DNA of 64,000 nt from sequence record OR493421.1. The stretch is one strand, 5' to 3'. This document shows positions 27,060-37,522 of the stretch, piece after piece; positions within the stretch are counted from its first letter, which is position 1, and each line of letters opens with the position of its first letter. The notes beneath the pieces are model-generated. The model was not told where the DNA came from, did no database searches, and worked only from the letters and a program-made list of their open reading frames with translations. The position numbers and the translations under genes are program-made.

Positions 27060-27399
27060 CGAAGCATACCTTTCCGGTGAATTGCGAGTGGGCATCAAGA
27101 GGCCAGGAGCAGATCTTGATGTGGTCGTTTTTAATGTACTTATTACTGATGGTCATTGGGAAAATGGCTTCCATGCCAGCCATCACGTACATCTTAACCG
27201 GATTCCCCTTACTGTCCACCTTAGTGACGTCTCCGACGCTAAACGCGTAGTAGTCGTTACGATCTGATTTTAACCGCATGTTGATCAGAGTCGTTTCGTA
27301 ACCACGGATATTGACTTGGTCCACCGGTCCAAACAAGTGGGCTCGGGCCGGGGTTGTTGCCAGAAAGAACAGGATGATGAGACCTAAAATGTTTTTCAC
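27046..27399 (-). CDS. secreted Ig-like protein (putative PapD-like chaperone)
   Basis: signal peptide ..TPARA|H; beta-rich; C-terminal KICS..KVC pair. Confidence 0.5.
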   Translation of the reverse strand: MKNILGLIILFFLATTPARAHLFGPVDQVNIRGYETTLINMRLKSDRNDYYAFSVGDVTKVDSKGNPVKMYVMAGMEAIFPMTISNKYIKNDHIKICSWPLDAHSQFTGKVCFDVRV

Positions 27400-27412
27400 G
27401 GTGATACCTTTG

Positions 27413-27760
27413 TTATTCGGCTAAAAGGATGGCCTGGATTAATCGATGTTTATACAACTGCCGGGATAGCCAGCGGATGCGTTCTTTAGCTTCGGTTTGT
27501 TGAGCGATGAGACTGAGGTCGTGCCGATCCGCCAGGTAAACTGCGTTCCCTACGACATAGTCGGTACGCTGAGATTGATGCGGGCGGTCATCGTCATCAT
27601 ACCACCCACCGAAAGGATCTTGCTTTCCTTCGGTCATCCAATCCGCGTGCCGTTTATCAGCGATCTCGAGGCCGAGACGTTTCACTTCCGCTTCCAACCA
27701 AACAAACTGTTCGGTCGGTGTTTTGGTAGAGAGTAGATCGTTAAGTTCTTTATACGTCAT
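27413..27760 (-). CDS. hypothetical protein
   Basis: 115 aa ORF. Confidence 0.7.
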   Translation of the reverse strand: MTYKELNDLLSTKTPTEQFVWLEAEVKRLGLEIADKRHADWMTEGKQDPFGGWYDDDDRPHQSQRTDYVVGNAVYLADRHDLSLIAQQTEAKERIRWLSRQLYKHRLIQAILLAE

Positions 27761-27774
27761 CTTAATCTTCTCAG

Positions 27775-28233
27775 TTAAAATTGGTTACGGATGTCGCTTA
27801 TGGTTCCGCTACCTACCAGTGGAATGTTAACGATCTTTTTACCATTGGTATCGGTAACGTTAACCCAACCCACATCTTTAGCTTCGTTGAAGTAAGATTT
27901 AGCCCCGACGTAATAAAGCACATTACCATTTTTGATAATGACTTGTTCGCCGCTGGTGTTGTCGGTGTCTTCAACCTGAGCCCTTACATCGCGAACGTTG
28001 ACTTTAAGATACAGCTCGGGTTTCTGACCGATCTTACCGTAGGAGTAAAAGACATCATTGTCCCAACGGCAGACGAGAACTTCTTTATGTCCTTTTTCAG
28101 TTTGACCGTAAAAGACGATATCGCCTGGGGCGCAACGATCACCTACAACGTCCAGAGGATCCACCATCCCCATTGCGCCAGCAAATACGGAAGCGGAAAA
28201 GAAAGAGAGTAAAACTAAAACGATGCTTTTCAT
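27775..28233 (-). CDS. secreted/periplasmic protein
   Basis: signal peptide ..ASVFA; C..G..FYG.T..G.KEVLVC..YSYG..G.KPEL motif. Confidence 0.75.
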   Translation of the reverse strand: MKSIVLVLLSFFSASVFAGAMGMVDPLDVVGDRCAPGDIVFYGQTEKGHKEVLVCRWDNDVFYSYGKIGQKPELYLKVNVRDVRAQVEDTDNTSGEQVIIKNGNVLYYVGAKSYFNEAKDVGWVNVTDTNGKKIVNIPLVGSGTISDIRNQF

Positions 28234-28262
28234 TGGATGTTCCTTTCAAAAGTTAGGTTTGG

Positions 28263-28640
28263 TTATTTCTTAATAACAAAATACGGCATTCCGCCTGGGA
28301 GGACGGACCACATTTCGCGCGGTAGAACGTATTCTACTTTATCTATGGCGATTCCCAGACCCATTAGTCGTTCGATGGTTGGGTGTTCTGCCCAGTGGTT
28401 TCCCTCTTTATCCATACAAGCTTCGAGGAAACTCCACCCGCCTCCTTTCTCTTCCTGAAATTTCTCAGGAAGCTCCATGAGAAAAGAAACGATACTTTCT
28501 TTGTTTTCAATAAGTTTAGCGGGATCGAAGATAAAGACCCCTACGATGCCCACTACGACCTTTACGTCGGGATCTTCTTCTGATTCAGCCAAACAGTCAC
28601 AAAATAAATCATTTACCGCTGAAGATGATAACTTAGACAT
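28263..28640 (-). CDS. conserved phage hypothetical protein
   Basis: GGGWSFLEACMDKEG.HW..LMGLG..PREMWSVLPGGMPY highly conserved phage motif. Confidence 0.85.
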   Translation of the reverse strand: MSKLSSSAVNDLFCDCLAESEEDPDVKVVVGIVGVFIFDPAKLIENKESIVSFLMELPEKFQEEKGGGWSFLEACMDKEGNHWAEHPTIERLMGLGIAIDKVEYVLPREMWSVLPGGMPYFVIKK

Positions 28641-28666
28641 GATGTTAATTCCTAAAGAAAAACGGA

Positions 28667-29059
28667 TTATTTAAAGAAGGGATGGTCTCCGCCGGGATGT
28701 TTAACCGTTGTCTTTTTCTCATGGATATCCCAAACCAGGAGAAGGTGTTGGTGAGTGGGGGTATTGAGTAAATCAAAAGCACTGACCCGACCGGACGTTT
28801 TACCCTCGATCGCACGAACGATCAATTCGACTTCTTCACCGACTTCGGGAAATTCGTCAGCCACCAACCCCAACCAGGTGATTAGGGTTTCCGGGTTATT
28901 CCACTTTATTTCGCAACGTGGGTAAAACCAATTGGTTTCATCAAAGATAAATAGCGGAGCTAAATCTTTGAGGGCCTTATGACGCGGATAATTTTGGATT
29001 CTGTTGACGATCAGACCCAGACGAGTCACACAGCCCATTGTTAAATCGACAGTAACCAT
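28667..29059 (-). CDS. hypothetical protein (paralog of 32684-33049)
   Basis: RLG..K.L.DLAP..WL.LV..P..EE..L shared. Confidence 0.75.
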   Translation of the reverse strand: MVTVDLTMGCVTRLGLIVNRIQNYPRHKALKDLAPLFIFDETNWFYPRCEIKWNNPETLITWLGLVADEFPEVGEEVELIVRAIEGKTSGRVSAFDLLNTPTHQHLLLVWDIHEKKTTVKHPGGDHPFFK

Positions 29060-29084
29060 TTCAATCTCCCGTGATATAAATATT

Positions 29085-29549
29085 TTAGACTCTTACATTC
29101 GATCTGTTAATACGGTTAATGTCCGAAGAACCACAAAGATCGCTTCCTGCATACAGCCCGTACGCCAAGGTAATTTTCTTAGGTCGCTTATAAGAAGGAA
29201 CGTTTTCAAGAGAAGCAAAACGGACGCTTAACTCAGCTTTAGGGAGTTCAACGTCGATCAGAGAAGCGTCTTCCAAAATAGGGTCGAGAAGAACAACATT
29301 ATGGATTTGAACGTTACCTGATAGGTCAAACCCTTCTTTACAGAAGAAAGTGTTTTCTCCCTTGATTCTCAGCAACAGATTACCGTAAATAAAGGCGTTC
29401 TGAATTTCAGAACGGATGGTCGCTCCTTTTAAATCACCGAGGCATTTAATTTTCAAGATCCCATCATGGCGAGTATCTTTAAGAATCACCTCGTCATCAG
29501 AACAAGAAACGATTTCGATATAAGTCTTAGCTTCAAAAATATCGGACAT
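29085..29549 (-). CDS. hypothetical protein
   Basis: 154 aa ORF. Confidence 0.7.
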   Translation of the reverse strand: MSDIFEAKTYIEIVSCSDDEVILKDTRHDGILKIKCLGDLKGATIRSEIQNAFIYGNLLLRIKGENTFFCKEGFDLSGNVQIHNVVLLDPILEDASLIDVELPKAELSVRFASLENVPSYKRPKKITLAYGLYAGSDLCGSSDINRINRSNVRV

Positions 29550-29570
29550 GGCGTGGTTTCCTAATTTATC

Positions 29571-29592
29571 AATCGGGAGTTTCCTCCCGATT
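29571..29592 (-). terminator. terminator hairpin
   Basis: AATCGGGAG-TTTC-CTCCCGATT. Confidence 0.7.
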
Positions 29593-29595
29593 AAG

Positions 29596-29910
29596 TTATT
29601 TCGTTTCTGGGAAAGTGGTTTCGATAAAGTGTTTTACTTTATCGTACCCGTGTTCAGGACAGGAGAACTGACAGCGATCAGGTTTCTTTTCACCCCAGAT
29701 CCAAACCTGCCAGGTAGCGTGATCTTTGAAGATTTCGAATTCGCCGTCGTCGAACGCACCTTTGATGTAAAGATTACCCAAAAGATAACTGTAAGAAAAC
29801 ACCATATCGTTGGTGCTTACTTTTCGACTGGTGATGAAGGTCTCGGGATTAAACCGATCGTTTTTAACCCGTTCTACCGTGTCGATAATAGTCGTGAGTT
29901 GCGAGTGCAT
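29596..29910 (-). CDS. hypothetical protein
   Basis: 104 aa ORF. Confidence 0.65.
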   Translation of the reverse strand: MHSQLTTIIDTVERVKNDRFNPETFITSRKVSTNDMVFSYSYLLGNLYIKGAFDDGEFEIFKDHATWQVWIWGEKKPDRCQFSCPEHGYDKVKHFIETTFPETK

Positions 29911-29922
29911 TTTTCGTTTCCT

Positions 29923-30378
29923 TTAAAAGAAAGCCAGATCATCAGAGAAGCGACGTTTGCGCCCCAGTTTATACTGCTCGAATCCATCCGGAGTCATCAC
30001 CTCTTTGAGACACTCATCCTGAATGGTCATTGTGGAATGGGTGGGGTGGGTCCAGATAAGTCCTTTGTTGTCCGCCACGCAAAGGATGACGTCATCCTTA
30101 ACCCCGATTACGCAGGAATTGCCGTCAACCAACCCCGTCATGTGTTTAATGACGAAAACACCGTTAAGCTTAGTCGGTTTATCAGAACTGGTTTCATCCA
30201 GCTTAACGTGTTTGAGAATCCCGTCCGGGTTATCAAGGACGTAATCCGCCCCGGTACCGTAAAGTTTGCGATTGAACCCCACGTTGGTGTAAGTGCAAGG
30301 TTTATCCTTATAAGTCAGAATCCCACAGATGGCGGAAATAGAAGAAGATTTAATAACGATGTTTTTCAGTAATGGCAT
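29923..30378 (-). CDS. hypothetical protein
   Basis: 151 aa; TTAGGGAAACGCATCATG leader. Confidence 0.75.
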   Translation of the reverse strand: MPLLKNIVIKSSSISAICGILTYKDKPCTYTNVGFNRKLYGTGADYVLDNPDGILKHVKLDETSSDKPTKLNGVFVIKHMTGLVDGNSCVIGVKDDVILCVADNKGLIWTHPTHSTMTIQDECLKEVMTPDGFEQYKLGRKRRFSDDLAFF

Positions 30379-30405
30379 GATGCGTTTCCCTAAATAAAGT
30401 TGATG

Positions 30406-31101
30406 TTAGTTTTTACGATAGATATCGATTCGATCGTAAGTTCCATCCCACCGAATAAAATGTTCCAGTAAGAATTTTTCTTCTATTAACTCGAAGCGTT
30501 CATCCAGGATCCTGTCTTGAAGAGGACCTCCGGTACACCCGTCATGCTCCCCGATCAAAATAAGGATCTGACCGGGTTTCATATTTAGCAACGCTTTATC
30601 CGCATTGCGAGGCCAGACCATTAAGATGACGTCGTAATAATCAAATGACAGTTCGTTATAATCTCCATTGACGTATGATGAGAATAAATGATATTTCTCT
30701 GAACTGGTGATCTTAGAACCCAGATACTCGTTAGCCAAATTGGATTCTTTACCCAGATCATATCCGGTTACATCGACCCTCCTTGCTTTTAAACAAGATA
30801 ATAAATATCCGGCACCGGGTCCCAATTCGGCCACCTTACGGTCTCCGATATAGTCGGCGAGTCCGTCGACAATCTCTTTAGTAACAACCGCCCAGTGTAC
30901 CGATAATTTCACACATCTTTTAAAATCATCGAGCACTAACCAATTCTCATCGTCAAGAGCAGTTAATGATCTAAACTGTTCGGAAGTCAACAACGATTGA
31001 GTGGTGAACGTGTGGTCGATCAGTGTGGTTTTAGCATCTTCTGAAAGCGCTCTTATCCTCACTCCGTTGTCGAGCATTTCGACAAACACATTTCTTTTCA
31101 T
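30406..31101 (-). CDS. class I SAM-dependent methyltransferase-like protein
   Basis: VAELGPGAGYL (motif I), VTGYD, DVILMVWP, ILIGE.DGCTG. Confidence 0.8.
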   Translation of the reverse strand: MKRNVFVEMLDNGVRIRALSEDAKTTLIDHTFTTQSLLTSEQFRSLTALDDENWLVLDDFKRCVKLSVHWAVVTKEIVDGLADYIGDRKVAELGPGAGYLLSCLKARRVDVTGYDLGKESNLANEYLGSKITSSEKYHLFSSYVNGDYNELSFDYYDVILMVWPRNADKALLNMKPGQILILIGEHDGCTGGPLQDRILDERFELIEEKFLLEHFIRWDGTYDRIDIYRKN

Positions 31102-31110
31102 CGTCGTCCC

Positions 31111-31527
31111 TTAATAAGAACAATTGGTGTACATTTTCACATCAACAGCTCTCGATGCTACACTACCTTTAAAGCTATCCAGAGTGACGTTATCTTTGTA
31201 CTTCGCAACAATAACCGAATCAATTGTACGTCCGTTAAACCCAAACCAGTACGCGTACTTACCCTTATAACCCATACGGATGGTGAGGCCTTTCTCATCT
31301 TTGCCTAAGGCGTAAGTGGTGATTGAGAAGTCATCCGATTTACCATCAATCTTGGTTAAGATGTCCGTTGATCGACTGTAGTCGAAACTATACGTTCCGG
31401 GAATAACCTCTGTGGGAGTCGTTCCCTTTGCATTATCGAGATGGTTTAGCGTCCTACATACGAAATCTTCAGCAAAGGAAGAGAAAGAGAAAACGAACAG
31501 AGAGAGGGCGATAAAGATATTTTTCAT
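31111..31527 (-). CDS. secreted protein
   Basis: signal peptide ..SFSSFA|ED; Cys at both ends. Confidence 0.75.
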   Translation of the reverse strand: MKNIFIALSLFVFSFSSFAEDFVCRTLNHLDNAKGTTPTEVIPGTYSFDYSRSTDILTKIDGKSDDFSITTYALGKDEKGLTIRMGYKGKYAYWFGFNGRTIDSVIVAKYKDNVTLDSFKGSVASRAVDVKMYTNCSY

Positions 31528-31640
31528 GATGTGGGTTTCCTAAATTTGCATTCCGTATTAAAAAAGACCGAGGACTTCCATTTCCTCGGTTAGGAAAAAA
31601 CAACCATATAAGGTCAACAGTTGTTTTAGTTTACGCTTTG

Positions 31641-31673
31641 ATAATAAAGATCTATAAATAAATACAAGTAAAA
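31641..31673 (-). promoter_or_regulatory. candidate phage promoter TTTTACTTGTAT-N15-TATTAT
   Basis: 13-mer TTTTACTTGTATT identical to 63842-63854; followed by N6-GTAAA. Confidence 0.65.
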
Positions 31674-31685
31674 AATAATAAGGTT

Positions 31686-31720
31686 TATACTCCTACTCCC
31701 TTATCGGGAGTAGGAGTATA
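31686..31720 (-). terminator. repeated terminator hairpin (copy 2)
   Basis: TATACTCCTACTCCC-TTATC-GGGAGTAGGAGTATA. Confidence 0.85.
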
Positions 31721-31722
31721 GG

Positions 31723-32598
31723 TTAAACGATTGTTAGGGCGTGTTCTAACCCAGAAATAATTTCATTTCTTTCTTCATCTGTTTCAAAATTTAAACGGAT
31801 CGCTTGAGGATAAGGTCCGACTTCACTCATAATCGTGAGCTGGTGTCGATCAAAGTTTTCTTTACGAGGGGCTTTTATCAAGGAGCAGACAAAAACGTAC
31901 TTCCCTGCCAGCTCTTTGATGTGACCTTTCCGATTACCTAACATTGGTTTAGATTGGAGCGTTTCGATAATCAACTCCAAGATGTCTTTACCGGTAGTAC
32001 CAGAAATAATCATCGAGAATTGGGTTCTGTTAGAAATCACCAGCTCCTTGTGGGATCCTTGACTATCTCTTACGGTAATGGTCGTCAACGGATTGGACAT
32101 GTTTCCTTGCCGAGCTAGAACTTTAAGGAAGTTGCCGGAGTCTCGATGAAGCAACAACATTCTGTTTAGCGGATCAAGGGCAGAGTGATCTATTATCCCG
32201 GTGGATTCCCACTGGAGAATGAAAGGGTGCCAGAGTGATATCGTTTCAAGAATCTCAGTAAGATTGATCCTTGGGTCTCTATCCCCGCCCACTTTTATCG
32301 TCGTTCCTTTAAAAGAAATGTTAACCCGTTTTTCTTTCAGGTTTTCTACTACGACATATTGAAGTTTAGGTGCGTTAGGATTAAATCCTGGTATAATTCC
32401 GTGCACAAACTCACGGATGGTTTGTGTGAATGTTCTAATTTCATCCGGTAAGATTAAGAACCGGTTATCGTACCTATCTGAGATCATGATCGACGCAGTG
32501 AGACGTTCTACTCGATCATCTGCGTTGAGTCTGAGAGACATCACTACGCCAGAATAGATATCGATAGCACGGATGCATTCGTGAATATTTCTTAACAT
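31723..32598 (-). CDS. hypothetical protein
   Basis: 291 aa ORF, GAGGA SD. Confidence 0.8.
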   Translation of the reverse strand: MLRNIHECIRAIDIYSGVVMSLRLNADDRVERLTASIMISDRYDNRFLILPDEIRTFTQTIREFVHGIIPGFNPNAPKLQYVVVENLKEKRVNISFKGTTIKVGGDRDPRINLTEILETISLWHPFILQWESTGIIDHSALDPLNRMLLLHRDSGNFLKVLARQGNMSNPLTTITVRDSQGSHKELVISNRTQFSMIISGTTGKDILELIIETLQSKPMLGNRKGHIKELAGKYVFVCSLIKAPRKENFDRHQLTIMSEVGPYPQAIRLNFETDEERNEIISGLEHALTIV

Positions 32599-32683
32599 GT
32601 TTATTCCTCGTTGAGTTTAGTTAGTTGACTCTAAACAGCACTAAGCTGTGTTGACGACATCCTTGTCTGGGTATTACTGCAGA

Positions 32684-33049
32684 TCAAAATACAGAAGGAG
32701 GTAAGAAATCTTTGTTCAATGGAGACCACCGCCAAAGTAAAGAGGGTTTACGATCCTGCAGTATTTTACGCATGTCGTAAAAACCACCTTTACTGTTTCC
32801 GATTTCTTTAAGAAGTAAACCGATCTCTTCTTCAATAACCGGATAAGTTTCTTTGACGAGCTCCAGCCACGCTTTGATTTCCTCTCCTTTCTCTGTGAAG
32901 AGATTAACACCATGTTCCCCACCAGAATAATACGTCTCACTATTCTTAGGGGCGAGGTCTCTGAGATCTTTGTTGGCGTAAGAGAAATACTCTCGTTCAA
33001 ACCACCAACCAAGGCGGCAGTATTGGTTGACAATAAGTCGTACTATCAT
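32684..33049 (-). CDS. hypothetical protein (paralog of 28667-29059)
   Basis: see paralog. Confidence 0.75.
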   Translation of the reverse strand: MIVRLIVNQYCRLGWWFEREYFSYANKDLRDLAPKNSETYYSGGEHGVNLFTEKGEEIKAWLELVKETYPVIEEEIGLLLKEIGNSKGGFYDMRKILQDRKPSLLWRWSPLNKDFLPPSVF

Positions 33050-33052
33050 TTT

Positions 33053-33613
33053 TTATTTCCTAAATTCCATGATGTCGTAAGGAACCGAGGTAGCCGGCTG
33101 GGGAAACACCCGGCCCTCCGATACAATGCCAGGACTTAGGTCGGCAGGAGAGATTACTTTCCCGTTGTAGATTTTACAAAGAGCCTCGTAAAAACTGAAA
33201 ATGCTTTCAGGATACATTCCAGCATCAGAAAACCCAACAACTTCGACGATGTTCGTCGAAGGGGCCTGGGGGATTGGAGGGGCGAAGTAGTTCGGATACA
33301 GTTGTTGGAAGTCAGGAAACCCATTAGGTCCTCCGGTGATAATCACCGCCCTTACCCTGAGGTTATCGTCCAAAACGACCATAACTTTATCAAGGTAATG
33401 GACGCGGAAATCGAATTCCTTAGCCGCTGCTTCAACCTCGATTTCTACTTCATTTTTCCCGGCAGTGATCTGAGTAGGGATGAAATGGATGGAGGATTTC
33501 ACCATTGCATTTTGGTCGGTGGCCAGTACGATAAGGCCGGTTTTCAGAATATTTGAATTGTGCTGGATAACAGACTGGTGCATGAGATCGGCAACGCGTT
33601 TAATGTCGTTCAT
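33053..33613 (-). CDS. hypothetical protein
   Basis: 186 aa; TTTAGGAGTTAGTATCATG leader. Confidence 0.75.
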   Translation of the reverse strand: MNDIKRVADLMHQSVIQHNSNILKTGLIVLATDQNAMVKSSIHFIPTQITAGKNEVEIEVEAAAKEFDFRVHYLDKVMVVLDDNLRVRAVIITGGPNGFPDFQQLYPNYFAPPIPQAPSTNIVEVVGFSDAGMYPESIFSFYEALCKIYNGKVISPADLSPGIVSEGRVFPQPATSVPYDIMEFRK

Positions 33614-33640
33614 GATACTAACTCCTAAAGGTTGGATTGA

Positions 33641-34075
33641 TTAACAGTATTGTAAAGAGGTTGCGAACGCCTCGTGCAAAGAAAATTGACGATTCTCATC
33701 GAAGGAGACGATTACTCCGGTGTAACGTTCGACCAGCGCATTGAAGTCTTTCGTGTCGATATTATCAACAACCAGTTTCAAGGTGTCGGCTTCGTCATTG
33801 ACGGCTTCAATATGGAGTGTATGTCGTTTTACCACGTGGGTTTTGAACCCACGACTGATTCTTTCTTCGGAGACGGTTATCAGTGCCTCAAAATAACTAA
33901 GGCCACCTTCGTAGTTTTCCCTTTCAAGATAACCACCAACAAGGCTTTCGACCAGTCCTTCACTGACCTCGTTATTCTCTAAAAACCCTTCCTTGTCGAA
34001 AGACGTGGAGCTACACCCAGACAAATGACCTTCAGAAATATAAAAGCTATCTTGTTTTTCGATTTCCCGTTCCAT
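33641..34075 (-). CDS. hypothetical acidic protein (start likely MEREIE)
   Basis: TAATG overlap with upstream gene. Confidence 0.7.
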   Translation of the reverse strand: MEREIEKQDSFYISEGHLSGCSSTSFDKEGFLENNEVSEGLVESLVGGYLERENYEGGLSYFEALITVSEERISRGFKTHVVKRHTLHIEAVNDEADTLKLVVDNIDTKDFNALVERYTGVIVSFDENRQFSLHEAFATSLQYC

Positions 34076-34419
34076 TACTTGTCCTCCAAAATATGACATT
34101 TCATGTCGGTATAACTGCTAGAGCTGTCCGGGCGAAACGTATTCTTTTCTTTACTGAAATAGAAATCACTTCCATCTTTATAAAGAATAGACAGCCCGGC
34201 GGTGAGCGTATCGGAACCTTTTACCATTTCGTAGGTGTCACCACGGTATTCAATCCGATCCGAATACTTTAAGATCTGGACCGTTTCTTTACTTCCCGCC
34301 AACTTATATGTGCAATCGTAGGTAACGAGTTCGCTCGCGTCTTTCTTTTGTTGACGTTCCGCCGCGGCACCGAGAAGAACAATAACAACGACAATAAAAA
34401 TAAGTGTTTTCTTTAACAT
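34075..34419 (-). CDS. membrane-anchored/secreted protein
   Basis: N-terminal hydrophobic helix; two Cys. Confidence 0.75.
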   Translation of the reverse strand: MLKKTLIFIVVVIVLLGAAAERQQKKDASELVTYDCTYKLAGSKETVQILKYSDRIEYRGDTYEMVKGSDTLTAGLSILYKDGSDFYFSKEKNTFRPDSSSSYTDMKCHILEDK

Positions 34420-34470
34420 GATGTTTTCCCTAAAAATAACCGTTGGATTTACAAAGAGATGTTAAAGGTT

Positions 34471-35034
34471 TTATTTTATCTGCGTGTTGATTTCACCAGA
34501 GGAAACTTTCTCTTTAAACTCACTCGCGGATTTTAGAAATTCTTCTTTGGGGTTTTCACATTCCAAAAAGCGTGAGGCGATGAGACGTATGATGTTCATG
34601 TTACGGGCCAGGTCGATACCTTCTCCTCTCGAACCCCAGAGAGTTCCCAACCCCATCTCGTCAGCCAATGCCTGCAGACTATAAAAACCCAACTTATTTG
34701 GATCTTTAATGGAAAAGATGTAATCCAGATCGGATTCCCTAACCTTTTTCTCTTCCTCCTCCTTTTCCCACCGTTCTAAGAGATCGCCTCTCCCCACCTC
34801 AATCAGAATGAGTTGGTCCTGTTGATACCAGGCGACACTTCCCCTCCCTTCCAACCAAAGAGAATAGCCGATATCAGACTCATTTTTAAACTCTTTTGAT
34901 TTATCTTTATCGCCGTAACGATCATTGTAACTGTATTGAACGATAGCTCGACACCCACTTTCAAAATGGGACATGTACGGACCGAGGTCTTCTTTTATAA
35001 AAACCAAATCGCCTTGATGAAATTTCTGTTTCAT
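34471..35034 (-). CDS. conserved phage hypothetical protein (start likely MKQKF)
   Basis: QKF..GDLVFI..LG..MSHF.SG..AIV.YSY..YG..YSL..G..AWY motif; AGAGGAATAAAC leader. Confidence 0.75.
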   Translation of the reverse strand: MKQKFHQGDLVFIKEDLGPYMSHFESGCRAIVQYSYNDRYGDKDKSKEFKNESDIGYSLWLEGRGSVAWYQQDQLILIEVGRGDLLERWEKEEEEKKVRESDLDYIFSIKDPNKLGFYSLQALADEMGLGTLWGSRGEGIDLARNMNIIRLIASRFLECENPKEEFLKSASEFKEKVSSGEINTQIK

Positions 35035-35044
35035 GTTTATTCCT

Positions 35045-35515
35045 CTAACTGATTTCGATTCCGGGTCTTTTGGCATCTCTTAAAGCTCGTTCAGACCAAT
35101 AGACCAGCCAGGTTAAAATATGCAAATAAACTTTTACTGTATCTGAAGTTATCTCGTCCTGTATCTTTATATCCGGATACTTGGCCTGATAACTATTCAG
35201 AGCATTCTTAAAAGATCTAAGCGTGTTGTCTGATAACCACTTCACTCCTGGATACCCATAAAGTTCTACGTGGTTCTCAGATCCATCACCATTGACATAA
35301 ACACAAAAGAAGATATCCAATATACCCACTTCCCGACAGAAATTCTCCAAAAAACTATAATTGTAATCTAGCCGGTTGGACTCCCATATTCCTAAACTAA
35401 ACGGAACTTCGTCATCTCGTTCAATGACCTCAACGACGATATTCATTTCGTCGTCTAAGTCATCCTGATCACGCGGTGAGATCTCCGCATGACCTATACA
35501 AATATTGACGGTCAT
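35045..35515 (-). CDS. hypothetical protein
   Basis: 156 aa ORF. Confidence 0.7.
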   Translation of the reverse strand: MTVNICIGHAEISPRDQDDLDDEMNIVVEVIERDDEVPFSLGIWESNRLDYNYSFLENFCREVGILDIFFCVYVNGDGSENHVELYGYPGVKWLSDNTLRSFKNALNSYQAKYPDIKIQDEITSDTVKVYLHILTWLVYWSERALRDAKRPGIEIS

Positions 35516-36880
<1,365 letters not shown>

Positions 36881-36888
<8 letters not shown>

Positions 36889-37519
36889 TTGTTTTATCCT
36901 TGGATACCACCCAACGGGTTCCGCTAGGGGCGAAGAAACAACGAAATAATTGGAAACAATATTCGTTCGTTCTTTCCTCCACATGGATCCAAACGTGCGG
37001 GAGGAAGCAGATTTCTTTAGGGTTGATTTTCATTACCGACATTCCCAAATTTTTGCCTTCCACATGAGCCTGAGTTAGGAAAAGAGAAGGTTTGTCCGCC
37101 ATAATCGACTTATAGATCTTCGTCCTGTTTTTCTCACATTCCTTCATGTAATCAGGTAGGGTATCAGAAGCGTTCTCACGCGTCACCCCTTCTGGTTTTG
37201 TCGGGGGGACAAAATAACAAACCTCTTTGAATTCCCCTTCGGTTTCAATAAAAACATTCGGGGAACTAAGAGATTTGGAATACCCCTCACTGTTTTCTTT
37301 AAAGAGAACGCATAAAGCGGTTTTTAACAGATCAAGATTATCTGCCGTAATGAGTAATTTAAATTGAGGTGTTTGTCGCAAATATTCGTTAATGAATTCA
37401 ACGACAGAATCTTTACCCGCTTCTAGTATCTTTTTAGTATCGGGTATTTTTCTCTTAGGAGTAATGTCCGTTGCTAACTCAAAAACATTTTTCATTACCG
37501 TTAACTTTTCCATGATCAT
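36881..37519 (-). CDS. hypothetical protein
   Basis: 212 aa ORF. Confidence 0.75.
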
Positions 37520-37522
37520 CGC

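Noticed and set aside
29548-30372. 274-aa plus-strand ORF
   Set aside because: Lies antisense to two well-formed minus-strand genes, has no SD and no recognisable motif; shadow ORF
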